This document shows, one piece after another, positions 37,886-52,246 of a stretch of 64,000 nucleotides of DNA (position 1 is the stretch's first letter; every line of letters begins with the position of its first letter). The DNA comes from Schmidtea polychroa. Taxonomy: Eukaryota. A model generated the notes under the pieces. That model searched no databases and had not been told where the DNA came from. It saw only the letters and a program-made list of their open reading frames with translations. The position numbers and the translations under genes were made by a program. The stretch spans positions 236,470,001 to 236,534,000 of the forward strand of contig CM097885.1 in the NCBI GenBank assembly GCA_044892525.1, read 5' to 3'.

Positions 37886-39020
37886 TATCTGATTGTGGGT
37901 GTCCTTCAACATGAATTATCAGACTTAAATTATGTAAACTTTCAACGAATGTCAAGAAAAACCGATGTTTTATCAATTAAGTAAAGTACTCGTCATACCT
38001 GAAGAATATTATTATTAATGTAAGACATGAATTAATTCTATTAAATATATATATATATATATATTATATTTAGGTATCGGTGTTTTATGGTGGGAATTGA
38101 TAAGGAAAAAGTATACCACAAATAACAGTTGCCTAATAGTCAAACAGAATTTAATTTGTGACGATAAAATGCTAGATAACATCTGTAATACATCTGTAAT
38201 ACAATACAAATTTTAGCAATGATAGTTGATGCCGCATCAGAAACTAAGAAATACGTCCAATTTGCAAGATGTATTCCAAATGGCCCGATGGAGATGATAA
38301 TTTTGAGATAGATTACCAGCAGTAGAGCGAGAAAAATTTGTAAATTAAATATAATAGGGTTGGGTGGGTCCTCTTTATCCCTTAATTAATATATATTTAC
38401 AAGCTGATCGTCGTGGTGGGCGGTTGTAATCCAACTAGTGGGAGGCCTCTGTAAATATATATTTGTCTTAGTGAAAACATTAATTAATTTGGTTATAGTG
38501 CCAATGACGCATGTATTTTGAAATTATACGTTTCGAATGTGCTGGTAGTTGACTACCCATGCTAGGTGTAATTTTCCGTACGGAAAGCTATTATGCCCAG
38601 GTTCTTCTGACCCACTTGGGGTAGGCACAGACGACCCTTGTGGACGCGAACAAATATCCACCGTGTCTTTCAGGCACAGATATTTGGTCACTGCTCATTA
38701 GGCCTGGCAATACTAAATGCATAAACTTTGCCTTGTCCTCTCTTGTCTTGATTTTTATCGTTTAAATATTATTTAAAATATTGTGTGTGATAAGTTTTAT
38801 TTACTAACCTTAATAAACCATAATATACTTTAAGTTCGAAAACCCTTGCGACATGTTGAGTGTGAGCAATACTCATAGGGGTACAGAATATTTTGTCGGA
38901 TAGACTAGGAGTATATACACCCATGTTAAACAAGGTATGTGTATATAGAATGTATGTATAAAATTATCGCTCCTTATTGTCAACTTCCTGTAAAGGCAAA
39001 CACAGAATACTGCAAACATA

Positions 39021-39566
39021 TAAGTTTAATGGGTTGTGTATGTGTGTAGAAAATATTTTAGGTTTTTAATATTGATAATAATAATAATGGTTCATGGGTT
39101 GTGTGTGTAAAAAAAAATATTTTAGGTTTTTGACTGATATTGATAATAATAATAATATAGATAATAATAATAATAATAATAAAGTTTAATGGGTTGTGTA
39201 TGTGTGTAGAAAATATTTTAGGTTTTTAATATTGATAATAATAATAATAATAATAAAGTTTAATGGGTTGTGTATGTGTGTTGAAAATATTTTAGGTTTT
39301 CACTAATATTGATAATAATAATGGTTAATGGGTTGTGTGTGTGTGTAGAAAATATTTTAGGTTTTCACTAATATTGATAATAATAATGGTTAATGAGTTG
39401 TGCATGTGTGTGTGTAAAAATATTTTAGGTTTTTAATATTGATAATAATAATAATGGTTGATGGGTTGTGTGTGTAAACCAAATTTTAGATTTTTCATTA
39501 ACAATAATAATAATAATAAAATGGTTAATGGGTTGTGTGTGTAAACCCTATTTTAGGTTTTTTCAC

Positions 39567-39601
<35 letters not shown>

Positions 39602-39604
39602 TAG

Positions 39605-39676
<72 letters not shown>

Positions 39677-39936
39677 TTAATAATAATAATAAAAGTTTAA
39701 TGGGTTGTGTGTGTGTAGAAAATATTTTAGGTTTTCACTAATATTGATAATAATAATGGTTAATGAGTTGTGCATGTGTGTGTGTAAAAATATTTTAGGT
39801 TTTTAATATTGATAATAATAATAATGGTTGATGGGTTGTGTGTGTAAACCAAATTTTAGATTTTTCATTAACAATAATAATAATAATAAAATGGTTAATG
39901 GGTTGTGTGTGTAAACCCTATTTTAGGTTTTTTCAC

Positions 39937-40004
<68 letters not shown>
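39021..40004. repeat. Compound minisatellite (about 55-75 bp unit: ATGGGTTG(TG)n..TTTTAGGTTTT..(AAT)n)
   Basis: About 13 units; a four-unit block near 39330-39590 is repeated at 39700-39950. Confidence 0.92.
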
Positions 40005-40006
<2 letters not shown>

Positions 40007-40338
40007 TCCCGCGCGTGTTAATACTTAAAAAGATAATATTGAAAATTCAAAAAATAATAATAATATTTATGCAAAGCATGTGGAATAATTATGTCTTTGT
40101 TAATTAAGTAAACTTTAGTGTCAAAATAAGTTTTTAAAATATATTTAAATTTTAAAATACCGCAACGTAATATATTTTTGTTCTACCTCTTCATTGATTT
40201 AAGTTGGTCAGAATTTAATAATAAGTATATTATGCCCTTTGAGACATGTTGAATGTGAGTAGTACACTTTTGACCATTACCAATATGAGCAGTACCCATA
40301 GGGGGACAGAATATCTTGTCGGATAAACTCTGACTATA

Positions 40339-40390
<52 letters not shown>

Positions 40391-40421
40391 CATATTTCGT
40401 GCGGGTGTTAATATCTTTACC

Positions 40422-40469
<48 letters not shown>

Positions 40470-40526
40470 CAACGATTTAAACAAATTAAATTATTATGTA
40501 ATAGATAATTAAAACAAAAATTATTA

Positions 40527-41212
40527 GTTCTAAAAATATGACGTAATCATAGTTCTAAAAATATAAGGCATCGTTCTAAAAATATTAGGCATCGTTCTAA
40601 AAATGTGACGTAATCATTCTAAAATTAAGAGGCATTGTTCTAAAAATATTAGGCATCGTTCTAAAAATATTAGGCATCATTCTAAAAATATGACGTAATC
40701 ATTCTAAAAATATTAGACATCATTCTAAAAATATGACGTAATCATTCTAAAAATATTAGACATCGTTCTAAAAATATTAGGCATCATTCTAAAAATATTA
40801 GGCATCGTTCTAAAAATATGACGTAATCATTCTAAAAATATGAGGCATCATTCTAAAAATATGACGTAATCATTCTAAAAATATTAGGCATCATTCTAAA
40901 AATATGACGTAATCATTCTAAAAATATTAGGCATCGTTCTAAAAATATTAGGCATCGTTCTAAAAATATTAGGCATCATTCTAAAAATGTGACGTAATCA
41001 TTCTAAAAATATTAGACATCATTCTAAAAATATGACGTAATCATTCTAAAAATATTAGACATCGTTCTAAAAATATTAGGCATCATTCTAAAAATATTAG
41101 GCATCGTTCTAAAAATATGACGTAATCATTCTAAAAATATGAGGCATCATTCTAAAAATATTAGGCATCATTCTAAAAATAAGGTGAGTCATTGTCTTTG
41201 TTCTAAAAATGT
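40527..41212. repeat. Subterminal 21-22 bp satellite TTCTAAAAATATTAGGCATC / TTCTAAAAATATGACGTAATCA
   Basis: About 30 units of two alternating variants, ending about 280 bp from the ACTACT terminus. Confidence 0.95.
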
Positions 41213-42061
41213 GATGAGTCATTGTATGATAGGAATCTATGGCTCATCTTAAAGGTCTTGCATTGGGCTTTAAGATGAGGTATCGTCCAATAAAATCTGT
41301 TGGCGGGAACGATAACTTTTGGGATGAAAAAAAGTATGGGCCCTCTGGATCAATTAATTAAAACAAAAAATTAAATTAAAAAATAAATGAGGTTGACCTT
41401 GACCTTTTATTTAAAAAAAAAATTTCCCCGGGGGGGAGGGGGTATGTGATCCAGAGGGCCCCTGATCTGGATGGCCCATAACATACTACTCCAATAACCC
41501 AACAAAAAACCAAATTCATAAATTGAATGAAAATGAGTCATTCATAGATTTGTACACCAACCTATATTATAGAAGTTTTTATTCAGTGCAAACTGATATT
41601 CCAAATTATAAATCTGTTGACAAAGCTTTCTATTTTGCTTGGCACTCGCTGAAACTGAAGAAATTCAAGTAAGTTAATCGATCTACTCCATAAAAGATTA
41701 ACTTCTTCATTGGTTATATCGTATTTTGTTGTTATCGACAAGGATTTTGAGATGGTTTCTTCAATCTCGGGAGCTTCCTAATTTATACGAGTATTTGAAT
41801 TTTGGATCTTGAATTCCTAGGTCAATCCAGAAATTTCATGGATACGAAGGAGCGAAATAAATTGTTTTCTGATCATTTTTTAAAAGTTTTTCTGTTTTTG
41901 AAAATTTTTTTTAAAATTGGCTGTAACTAAAAATTGATTTTTACTTTGATTTTAATCATTATGCTTTGAGACTCGAAGTCATCATTTAAGATTTTTATAA
42001 GTAGATTTCGTTAAGACCATCCAACGGCTCACTGCACATTCTATTAAATAATACAACTATT

Positions 42062-42245
<184 letters not shown>

Positions 42246-42452
42246 GTATGTGGCTATTTACACATACTGTATGTTTAAATATAGTATAATAAAAAGTATA
42301 TATAAAGTATAATATTGAGAATTTCTTTGTTAAAGTTTTGCATTGAATATTTTTAGCAGTACCTTTGCGACTATTACCCTTACGAGCAGTACCCATAGGG
42401 GGACAGAATATCTTGTCGGATAAACTCTGACTATATATTAATAATAAAAATG

Positions 42453-42863
42453 GGTAATACTTAAGTTTTGGGGGGGGGCTGAATTCAAAAATGAGTTAAT
42501 TAATATATACTCTGAGTTTATCCGACAAAATATTCTGTCCCCCTATGGGTATTGCTCACAAGAGTACTACTCACATTCAACATGTCGTAAATTTCTAACA
42601 TTTTTATGAATTTTTATCATTTTTGTGAATTTTTGGTAAAATTATCAATAAATGCCTTAAACAACAAATTTGCCTAAATAATCATTCAAATAAAAGCATT
42701 AAATACCTTTACGACTAATACCCTTACGACATGTTGAATGTGAGTAGTACCCTTATGAGCAATACCCATAGGGGGACAGAATATTTTGTCGGATAAACTC
42801 AGAGTATATATTAATTAACTCATTTTTGAATTCAGCCCCCCCCCCCAAAACTTAAGTATTACC
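42453..42863. repeat. Fold-back element, arms about 138 bp (42453-42590 / 42724-42863)
   Basis: GGTAATACTTAAGTTTT(G)nCTGAATTC...CATGTCGTAA is mirrored; both arms contain the dispersed hairpin motif. Confidence 0.9.
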
Positions 42864-43037
42864 TAAAAATAAGTATGTATAAATAGCCACATCCTTAAAT
42901 ATTCACTCAAACTAAAATTTATTAACACATTCAAATTCGTCATCTCCGCATTTCATAACATTTTCAACAACATGATACAGTAAGTATAAATAGCCAATTT
43001 CTTATACATACAGTATGTATAAATAGCCACATACTTA

Positions 43038-43205
<168 letters not shown>

Positions 43206-44765
43206 GAAATTTCAATATTAAATAATTCCGCTTTACGAATTAGTTCAATGTTATTTTTTGATTTCCTTGAATGTTTGATAGCCATAAATAAGATAAAATT
43301 ACAAAAAATATTTAAATTGAAATAATTATCACATTTATTTACAATTGAATTGATTTTTTAAATATATTTTAACCTATTTAAATAACTATTAAATCTTTAA
43401 AAGAATGCATCATCTGAAGAGCAGAAAAAAATTAATTTTATAGAGAAAAATTCCTATTTTTCCGGTTATGAAAATTTCAATTCACCAATAAATTTGTCTA
43501 TAAAGCAACTCGAGAGTTTTAGTTCGTAAAATATGAGATTTTTATTTCTTACTTTAAAGAAAACCCATAAATTATAGTTAATAGTTTAAATAAATTTTAA
43601 TTTTGTTTGTATATAATAATAAAATAACTCTAATATAATTATATAAGACAATAAATGACATTTTTGTTTAAATTAATAAATAATAAATTTTTATTGATTC
43701 ATAATTTAATCAAAGAAAAAACAGTCAATAAGGCTTAGAATTTCTTTCATCTTTTTTCATTGCAGCTAATTTGCAAGATGTCGTTTGAATTTCCCATTTC
43801 TCTGCGATCAAATCTAAGATTCCCGTGAACGCAAAATTCCTTAATTATTCTCAATTGAATTTTACATTTATGTAATGAACGTTTTCTAATCATTCTATTA
43901 AAGCAATTTCATTTTCTGAAAAAGGGAGAAAATCTTTTAAGGACAGGGGATTTGAGATTTTTCAAATTTGGTTTATATGAACATTCTGAACAATTGACAA
44001 TAAAAGTATTCTCATAATTAATTGGTCTTAAATCTTTAATAAGTAAAAAAAATAATATTTTGATTTAAATGGATTTGTTTTGTTAGGGTTATTTACGTTG
44101 GTGTAAAACAAAGTCCAAATGCAAGAAAATCTGTAAAAATAGTAAAAAAGAACTTAGCAAAATTCAAATATAATAACCAAAGTGAAAAACATTAATTAAA
44201 AATTGAAAATTAATATTTTTCAGAGAAACTGATATAAGCGGAAGACAAAGATTGAGACGAACAGAAACATAGTAATATAATATCGATTTTGCGCCCATAG
44301 ATATAGTTTTAATTTATTAATTTATTAAGTGTAAAAGAATAAATGAAATTATGAGAATCCTCCGAACTTAGTAAGCGAGAAGTCAGCTTATCAAGCAAAA
44401 ATATTTTTTTAAAATTTAATACTGGCTTATGAAAGAATTTTTAATAAAATAATTTTATTTTTCTCATTTCATACATGGTCATCTCTGTAAAGCTTCTGAC
44501 CAATGCTTACAATATGTCCGAGCATATCAAAAGGTTGATCTAAGTTTGTTTACACATTCTATCAAGAGTTACAGTATATAACAGTATATAAGTACTTACG
44601 TCTTTTTTTCATACTACGTCTTTGATATTTATTGAAGGTCTTCGTGAAATTTTTTCGCACTAGAACACTGCAGATTGAACACCATCTAGGCAGTAGCACG
44701 TGGTTTGTGTCATGTTGTTGAATATTTTCGCTGTTTTAAATTATAAAACGACTAATTCTCTTAAA

Positions 44766-46180
44766 ATGGAAAGATGGTTAAAAAAGAATTCACGGGTCAA
44801 CCTAACCCTAACCGTTCAATTTCAAGAAAAGGACAATTTTGGTTATAATATGAGATAAGAATTTTGAAGATATGGCGACTAAGAAAATGATACTTCACGA
44901 AGTTCGAAATTGTCAAGATTTTTACTTGTAGCCTTGTGTTTATATCGAATATAGTCACGATGAACCTTATGGTGTCATTAGATGTTGTCTAATGGCTGTA
45001 TAAAGTCATCATTTAAAACAAGTTATTAAAAAACCAAGCATCCCAAACAATGTTTGGAAAAATTTAATACTCAAATCAGTATTTAAAGAAAATTCATTAT
45101 AATTAACGATAAATGTTTGGAAGGTCCTTCTGAAGTTTCATAATTAATTGTAAAAGACTAACGCCATAGGGGAAACACTTCTTCTACCTGGCACAGTAAA
45201 AATGGTAGAAATAATTCACCGATAGAAATATGTTGATAAAGTAAAATGTATTCCCTTGTCAGCAAATACTATTGGAAGGCAATTGAAATTGTTGCTATGA
45301 AGTAACTATTATTGGAAAAAATTTATAATTGTGGGATATACGGTTGGATAAAAGCACAGACTTTGCCAACTCGGCGCAGCTAATGGTATTTATTAGATAT
45401 TTTTTTAATAATGAATTGAAAGAAAACCTTTTTCTGCGAACTTCTCAAAAAGAGATATACTGGTGAAGACATATTCTCAAGTGTAAATCATCTCTTTGTT
45501 AATATTATTATTATTTGGGACAACTGAGTAGGTGTAACTAATGATGAAGCAGGTGCTTTAATTGGAACAAAAAAGAATTCATGGAAAAATAATTGAAATA
45601 GCACCACATGTGAAATTCGTACACCGTATTATCCATAGGCGAGCTATTGCGGCAAATAAATTGGATCCGGAAATGCACAGTGTAATGAAATAGCAGTAGC
45701 CACAACAATACTCTCCTGAACCAAACAGAAATGCGTTGTCTATTCCTTTGAAAGTACTTAAAATAGTAGGACAACTAAAGATAAATTGCAAATTTTTCTT
45801 TTGGACAAAGGTAAGAATTCAAATTTGGTCAGTTTTTTAATAGCGAAGAGTGTCTTTTGATGGAATGCTACCTAACTGATAATTTTGAAAAGTAAACATT
45901 CTCGATTTGTTACTTCAAGGGTGTGACATTTTACCAGTAAGCAAGAAGGTAGCTGCGTTTCGAAAGGAAATCGTGATGTGGAGGGAGAATTTCGAAAAAT
46001 AATGTTTAGAAATGTTTCCTTTACTGTGCGATTTTGCTTCTGAAAATGATGTAAATGTGGGAAGGCAAACTAAAAGTCTGATGTGTGCACTTTAGTGGAT
46101 CAAGAACTCATTTGCTGAAAACTTAAAAACGGATCACCTTTCAATATTGATATTAGTGAAAGACTGCCAATTCGTGTATG
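44766..46180 (+). mobile_element. Decayed hAT Charlie/Buster-type transposase (ZBED5/SCAND3-like)
   Basis: Broken frames read MERWLKK, IGETLLLPG, CIPLSANTIGR, LDKSTDFANSAQLMVFIRY, YTGEDIFS and APHVKFVHRIIHRRAIAA. Confidence 0.85.
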
Positions 46181-46202
46181 ATTATTCACAAATACATATA
46201 TA

Positions 46203-46467
46203 CAGCCCTGATCACAGACAACGGAGACGGGATCAATTCCCGGTACTCAGTTACCCAAAGGGGGCCCTGATGCCAATCCCTTGTTGAAAAGTATTTTTCA
46301 AAAAAACTGGTAACGCACATAAATAAACAAAACTTTATATTTCAATGTTTTTTAATAGAATTAAAAATATTGGTTTTATGTTCAATATTAATTTTCTAGT
46401 CTTTTAAATACGAAAGGGAACTCGTTATGATTTTTTTCCAGGCCCCGAAATTCTTGTGACCTGCTTG
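46203..46467. mobile_element. hAT-type MITE, 265 bp
   Basis: Degenerate TIRs CAGCCCTGATCACAG / TTGTGACCTGCTTG. TSD CATATATA / CATATTTA (7 of 8 match). Confidence 0.6.
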
Positions 46468-48735
46468 CATATTTACAAAGTCTTTGAATCAAAAATATTA
46501 TATATGAAAAAAGGTTACGATTGATGGGAACTATTTTAAACAAAATAATTGTACAAATAAACATAATAAACTAAGAAATTATTTAGTCAGTAGTATTTTT
46601 ATAAAAATCTAATTTTCCATAAATTTTCTCCAATAACAAATTTCTTGATACTTACGAAAAGATTTTTTCATTTCTAAACTGAAATTTTATGTCAATTATA
46701 TTTTAATTAAATTTTTAGTAATTGAAACAGACAATTTTTAGTTAATTTATATCTCATAAAACCTTAAATTTAAATAATTACTTTTTACGGAAATTGCATA
46801 ATTCTTTCACCGAGACAAAAATAAACAAATTTTTATCTGTTCTTTCTTTTTGTTTGAAATAAAATTCAATGATATTCTTGGTCAAATTACAATTAAACTG
46901 ATGATATTTGTTTTAATTTTGAATAAAATTTTATTTATATCTACAAAAAATAACACTTATTTAAAGGAATTTTAATTACTATCGTAAATGTAGGAAAAAC
47001 ATAAAGTTGTCATTATAATTTTTAAATGCATTTGAAAGTTTTGAATTATTTTTTTATTGGGTTTTAATTAAACTTAAGTTGAATTTTTTTTATTATCACA
47101 AATCTTTAATATTCTTCATCATTGACATATATTATTTTTTATTTCTTTTCTCCTCTGTTTTGTACAACTCTTAACTAAAGAAAAAAATTAACTTTTAATC
47201 AAAACAAAAGTAATAGTGAGATAATGGGCCTCTACAGCAATCCACCGAGTCATCCAGGATCTTGCAGAGCTCCTTTATATAGTTGAAATAATCGCATTGA
47301 TTAATGGTATTTCAACTCGATCGTCTCCATTTGACAAGCGTTGCCTTGCGGCCTTTTTTCTCTTTTCTCCTTCAAAATAAATAATTAATTGTCCCACCGT
47401 ACGTCCCTATTGCCGTAATCTTTCCCCCATTTTATCATTACTCATGTTGTCATGATAATGGCTTTTCAGAATACACTTTGTTTACTTTTTTTTCTGTTTA
47501 CTTACTCAAGTTTTCCTTAATTATCCTTAATTTTCCTTAATTTTTGTACATTTTCTTCTATTCCGACCCTTTCTGAACATATTCTGATGATTCCGTTCTT
47601 ACCATGATCTTTCCCATAATCTCTTTTTCATCTGACCCGTTAATCAAATTTTAATTCGATGATTTCTTGGTTTCGAATTTTCAATATTCCTTTTAATTAT
47701 TTGGAAATTTTTAATTTAAGAACCCCACAACATTCGTTTTCTTTAATAATAATAATCTTTATCAATGTAGGTAGGAAAATAATCTTTCATTTTCACTATC
47801 AAATTGACTCTGAAAAATTAATATTATTATAAAATTATTATAAAATTATTATAAAATTATTATAAAATTTAAGAACCCCAACAAAAAGCTTAATACTATA
47901 GTGAGACCTAAAAAACCTGCACTATACTTTTACCAAAATATTGTATTGAAAACCAACCTAGAAATCCTGAGACCAAAAATCATTCTAGGTCTAGTTTGAA
48001 TGCTTCACATTGGCAAAACCATAGTGGCCCTTTACACTCATCTCACATTGACCTAATGGCGGAGAGTGTAGTGGGGCACTAAAATAAAACTGACGAAGAA
48101 AATGAAATAAAAATTAACAAAATAGCCAGAAAACGTCAGAGAGAATTTTTCAGGATGATCATTTGACTTTTACTGTTGATGTGAATTTTAGTCTTAACCC
48201 TTATGAAGTGATCCATATCAATATTCATATTAAAATTATGTTTTATAGTAGTTAAAATAGAAAACGTTAAACTAAATCCGGCACTTATAGTAATTCTACA
48301 AGATAATCATGCTAAGATTTAAAAGTTAAAATTTGCAAATTTCTAGCATATAAGCTTTAAATATGTTGTTGAATTGGAAATACTATGCAATGTATTATTT
48401 AAAAAATTTATATTTTAATTTTATAAAATATTTAAAATTTAAGTATTTTAAATAAAAATTTAATAAAATAAAAAAGACACAAACACAATAGGTACCATAC
48501 TATGTGAGGTACTCAATAGTCAACAGGTACCATAATTTTGCCGCGTTCCATCATTTTTAATTTCTTTCCTTAAATGAATCAAATTTAAATGAAATAAATT
48601 CATTCAATTTTTTTATAGTTTGTTTTATTATTAATATTTTTGATGTAAATCATACTTAAGTGATTTGATGCGATTGAATGGAATTGAAATTGAAATATAT
48701 TATTCATATTTTTATTGAATTCTGCTTAATAAAAT

Positions 48736-48770
<35 letters not shown>

Positions 48771-50189
48771 TCTTATTTTAAAATCAAAACCCAAAATATT
48801 TTATTGAAGAAATAAATAACAGTGAAATCCCGGTACTTGGGAGTCAAAAATGTCGGGAAAAGTAACACACTATATGTATTATTTGGTATTATTAATTACT
48901 ATTATTATAATATTATATGTATATTATTCTAGTAATAAAAAGAATTTTATGCTGCAATTATTACCTGCTGTACCATTGATTTTTTTTGAAATTAGTTACA
49001 ATATTTTAAAATTTGCCTTCTCCCTTTTTATGTATTTTATTTTTTTAAATTGTATAATTAATATTTTCAACATGAAAATTGTGTTACTATTAAAATATAC
49101 ACTTTCAAGTAGAAATTTACCATAAAATATCAGATAGAATTACTGAAAAAAAATAAATAAAATGTCGATGGGTTAAAATTTCACATACAAATCACTAAAA
49201 TAGAATGTCAGATATAAATTACTACAAAAAATAAGATAAAATGAATAAGATAAAGTGTTAGGTATATTGACGCCATTTTGTGGGTCAATTAGTACTTGAG
49301 TAGGCTTATACATGATAATATACGGTAAATGACTATCAACATTTATTTAAAATTTCAATTAAATAATATTTGATTCAACAAACATTTATTAACTAGAATA
49401 AGAATATCAAAATTATTAGTTTCGAAATGCTTTAATTTTCATTCATTAGTTTAATTTTTTTTCGATTAATCCTTTCAGTTTTTTTTGTTTGAAATATCAT
49501 TTCTCTGCCTCTCGGCTGACAGCTTTTCAGTGAGTCGACACAAAATTTTTATTTCATGTTAAATTTCGGTTTCATTTCGTCTTATAATATAACTCGTATT
49601 TTGTTGTGTTTATCTGATCTCATGAGATTCAATTCTTTATATTTTTATTCCCACAACGAATTTGTTTTTACAATTTTTAAATATTTTTAATTAGATTTTT
49701 CACAAAACGCGTCTTAAAAAAAATAATAAAAATAATAATAATAATAAAAGTAATAATAATAATAAAAGTAATAATAATAATAATAACCTAACTTGACCTC
49801 CAAAATACAAATTTTAATTTATATTATTTGTACGATGTATTTATATAAACTATTCATATTTATAGCATTTATATTTTATTATTTGAATGTTGTGGTATGT
49901 AGAAATTGAATGTTGAAATTGTTCGAAATATAATTTGGTTTTGAATTAATTCCCCAGAAATGAATTAAGAAAATACTTTGTTTAAATAATATATAATTAT
50001 TCACGTCTTTGAGGTTGTTTATGTATAAAATTAAAACGAATCCTAACATTATTTATTTTTTTAAACTCGAAAAATTTATTCTAGTTTAGTCAATAATATA
50101 AAGTTTGCAAAGCATGGATCAAAAGGGAGTATGGTATAAGGGTAAACATCGTAAATTATGATCAAGTAATCCTTGCATATATATATATA

Positions 50190-50375
50190 TTATTATAAGA
50201 ACTTTTATTTCTTCCAATTTCACCACTGATTATTTATTCCTTTGAATTTATTAAAAAGAGAGTTTGAAGACTATAAATCAGTAATATATCGATGTTTGTT
50301 GCTAATCACGAATTTTTGGCACTGCCTATTTCATGGGATTTATAGTCTTCAAACTTTCTTTTTAATAAATTCAAT
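50190..50375 (-). mobile_element. Penelope terminal-repeat fragment with partial inversion, between (TA)n tracts; contains hammerhead copy B (50305-50339)
   Basis: Shares sequence with 17640-17710, 7346-7516 and 61578-61627. The minus strand reads ATCCC-ATGAAATA-GGCAGTGCC-AAAA-ATTC-GTGAT. Confidence 0.7.
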
Positions 50376-50761
50376 ATATATATATATATAAAATAAATTA
50401 TTCACTTATCAAAATTAATTATTTAAAATTATTTTTTAATTACCAAATGATTAGTAAAATTAGTAAAATCTTCACCATTGACTATTTGACTTTGCAATAT
50501 TTGAAAACTTTGAAAAAATAAAACTAAATATTTTGGTCGATAGTCCATATAAAAAAGAAATAATGATAAAAGTAATTAAATTTTAATTTCTTAATTTATT
50601 TAATTCAAATATTTTCAAAATAAATAAATAAATTTATCAAAATTCATCATTCACATCAATTAAATTAGATAACAATCAAAAAGTGTTTTTTTTCGGTAGA
50701 AATTTAACCAAAATATATTTTACAAACTGTTTGGTGATAAGATTTTTGACAATCATTGTAT

Positions 50762-51814
50762 TTATGATAAAAAGTTTTGTACCTCGAAATTTTCTTGCGG
50801 TTCAAAAACTCCAGTCGTTGTCTTGCAACGATTAAACGGTTTAAGAAAATCCTTTCGAAATTGCTCATTAGAGAATAAATAAATAAATACATTGGCCGTA
50901 GAGTCTAGATAAATTAGCATGTTTGTTATAAAAGAAAAATGTATATTAATTTCTTCTGGTAATAATTTTGTGGCGTGACAAAGTTTACTGAAGAATGACG
51001 GAGTTTCTAAGATAATAAAAGCTACACATAGACAAATAACCAACTTGTCACTTGAACATATTCGTTGATTTTGAATTGACTTTTGAAATCGGTTCTTTCT
51101 TTGCTGGTTATGGAATTTGATTTGCCGAATAACCAAACAACTGAATACACAAACAAGAAAAGATGGACCCCCGGATTGCATTGTAAAGAGAATGAAATTG
51201 ATATACACATATTTATAAAGAATGTAACCATTTAGGAAATCTATGGAATAAATACGGAATCCGTTCTTCCTACAATAAACATTGATTTCTTCCAGCATCC
51301 TTGGAAAGGTTAAAGATAATGATAAAATAATAATGAGAAATTGAAACCCACGAATTGATTTCACTGTGAATAATTTCCATGGGGTCATTGCACGACAAAT
51401 GCATTCGTATCGAAACCCCGCCAGTAAAACGACATTCCAATTTCTCATTAACAACGAAGAAAACATACTCCAGTGCACCAGTCGAATAAAAGTATCCATA
51501 AAGCCTATTGTCACAAATCTTTTAATTATTAAAAGTCTATCGAGTTCTAAGAATTCGAACCCGGAAAAAATCAGAACTGACAATTGAAATACGACTTCAG
51601 TAAAAGACAACCCTAAAAGCACATGGGACATCAATGTTGATGAAGATTGTTTTATTTGTTTTCTAAACAACAACATTGCTATCAAATTAAACACAACATT
51701 GATTGGGGCAAGGATGATACAAAAATATTCATAAAAATGATTGATTCCTATTTCTTTCTGTAAGCTGTCATTAATTGAAGTGCAATTCTCTTCTGATTTA
51801 AACAAATAAATCAT
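50762..51814 (-). CDS. Intronless rhodopsin-like (class A) orphan GPCR, 350 aa
   Basis: Seven hydrophobic segments; N-terminal NCT and NDS sequons; TM1 NVVFN; TM3 end FRYECIC (DRY variant); TM6 FIILETP; TM7 DSTANVFIY (NPxxY variant); helix 8 NEQFRKDF. Confidence 0.93.
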   Translation of the reverse strand: MIYLFKSEENCTSINDSLQKEIGINHFYEYFCIILAPINVVFNLIAMLLFRKQIKQSSSTLMSHVLLGLSFTEVVFQLSVLIFSGFEFLELDRLLIIKRFVTIGFMDTFIRLVHWSMFSSLLMRNWNVVLLAGFRYECICRAMTPWKLFTVKSIRGFQFLIIILSLSLTFPRMLEEINVYCRKNGFRIYSIDFLNGYILYKYVYINFILFTMQSGGPSFLVCVFSCLVIRQIKFHNQQRKNRFQKSIQNQRICSSDKLVICLCVAFIILETPSFFSKLCHATKLLPEEINIHFSFITNMLIYLDSTANVFIYLFSNEQFRKDFLKPFNRCKTTTGVFEPQENFEVQNFLS

Positions 51815-52246
51815 AACAACGAAATGAATAAATTAAAACATAAAAGATTATTAAATATGGAGTGTAATAGAGAGAAAAATGCTTATTGCCATTGGCAGAA
51901 TCTAGGCAAATGCAATTTCTTGTTTTTTTGATGAAATGATATCTTTCAACAATGGAAAATAAAGTTAATTATTAATTTTATAATAAAATCATTTGGATTT
52001 TGGAAAATTAATTTGGTTTTCATTTCATTTTTAAATGTTTCAAAAATAAATATTAAATCAAAAAGAGTATTAAATTATGTTTACTTTCAAACAAAATATT
52101 ATTTTATAAGAATAAAATTGTTGATATTAACAAATTGGTTTTTCCTTTATTCACAACAAATACAATTCAATTTATGTAAATTTATTCAAATTTCTTTTTA
52201 AATTTGTTTATAATTATAAATATATATTATTTAGCTGCTGAATTAT

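Noticed and set aside
40527..41212. CRISPR-like regular array
   Set aside because: No unique spacers, eukaryotic context, no cas genes; it is a satellite.
47215..47700. Second LTR-like patch with minus-strand TATATAAAGG
   Set aside because: No boundaries, partner repeat or TSD.
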